A stretch of DNA of 32,000 bases from positions 1-32,000 of the forward strand of contig NW_008806290.1 of assembly GCF_000400465.1 (NCBI RefSeq). Direction: 5' to 3'. This DNA comes from Wallemia ichthyophaga EXF-994. Lineage: Eukaryota; Fungi; Basidiomycota. The first letter of the stretch is position 1; each line of letters starts with the position of its first letter. Below are positions 31,743-32,000 of the stretch, piece by piece. A program made the position numbers and the translations under genes. The notes beneath the pieces were generated by a model, which did not search any database, was not told the origin of the DNA, and saw only the letters and a list, made by a program, of their open reading frames with translations.

Positions 31743-32000
31743 ATGGCAGCGCACTATTCACAGCCAGAGACGAGTTATGCGTTGGAGGGACTAATAAACA
31801 CTCCAATGGAGAGAATTGATGGAAGAAACTACGACGATTATCGCAGCCTCAAATTCGAAACTGGGAATTCACCGAGTAGCTCTGGTTCGGCATACATTTG
31901 TGGTGCAGGCTGTGAATGGCAGGTGTGTATCAAGCTTGATGTCGTTGAGGGATTCAGCGCTGGTGGACTAGATGCTCAAGTGGAGTACACGAGTGCTGCT
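31743..32000 (+). CDS. RRP42: Exosome core RNase PH-like subunit, Rrp42-like; 5' part only, runs off the window
   Basis: Translation MAAHYSQPETSYALEGLINTPMERIDGRNYDDYRSLKFETGNSPSSSGSAYI...VCIKLDV...VEYTSAA matches the RxDGR...R.I..ETG....GSA...VK.EV pattern of Rrp42/EXOSC7. Only 86 codons are visible. Confidence 0.7.
   Translation, partial: MAAHYSQPETSYALEGLINTPMERIDGRNYDDYRSLKFETGNSPSSSGSAYICGAGCEWQVCIKLDVVEGFSAGGLDAQVEYTSAA

Overview
Gene-dense fungal nuclear DNA. Short GT-AG introns (about 42-58 nt, CTRAY-type branch points), very short intergenic gaps and basidiomycete-like proteins suggest a Wallemia-like genome (inference, not verified). Well-supported genes from left to right: RGS-LOV-DUF blue-light photoreceptor (-), importin-13-like karyopherin (+), fused gamma-beta-alpha urease (-), phytochelatin synthase (+), Hel2/ZNF598 E3 ligase (-), eIF4A (+), Ctf4/Mcl1 (+), Rrp3 helicase (-), Ubp3/USP10-like DUB (+), class II cAMP phosphodiesterase Pde1 (-), orphan coiled-coil protein (+), Suv3 helicase (-), F-box-like orphan (+), tRNA-Pro(UGG) with a 9-nt intron (-), two-domain fasciclin protein (-) and the 5' part of exosome subunit Rrp42 (+). 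Two gaps (about 1.5-2.0 kb and 16.2-17.3 kb) may hold multi-exon orphan genes, and the first ~280 bp are strongly CpG-depleted. Most interesting observations: the RGS-LOV gene, whose LOV-domain intron has AT instead of GT at the expected donor; the head-to-head urease/phytochelatin synthase pair with three GATAAG motifs; and a G-rich to C-rich strand-skew switch centred on a 37-bp RRP3/UBP3 divergent junction. No CRISPR array, rRNA or recognisable intact mobile element was found. Exon models were built by hand and need RNA-seq confirmation.
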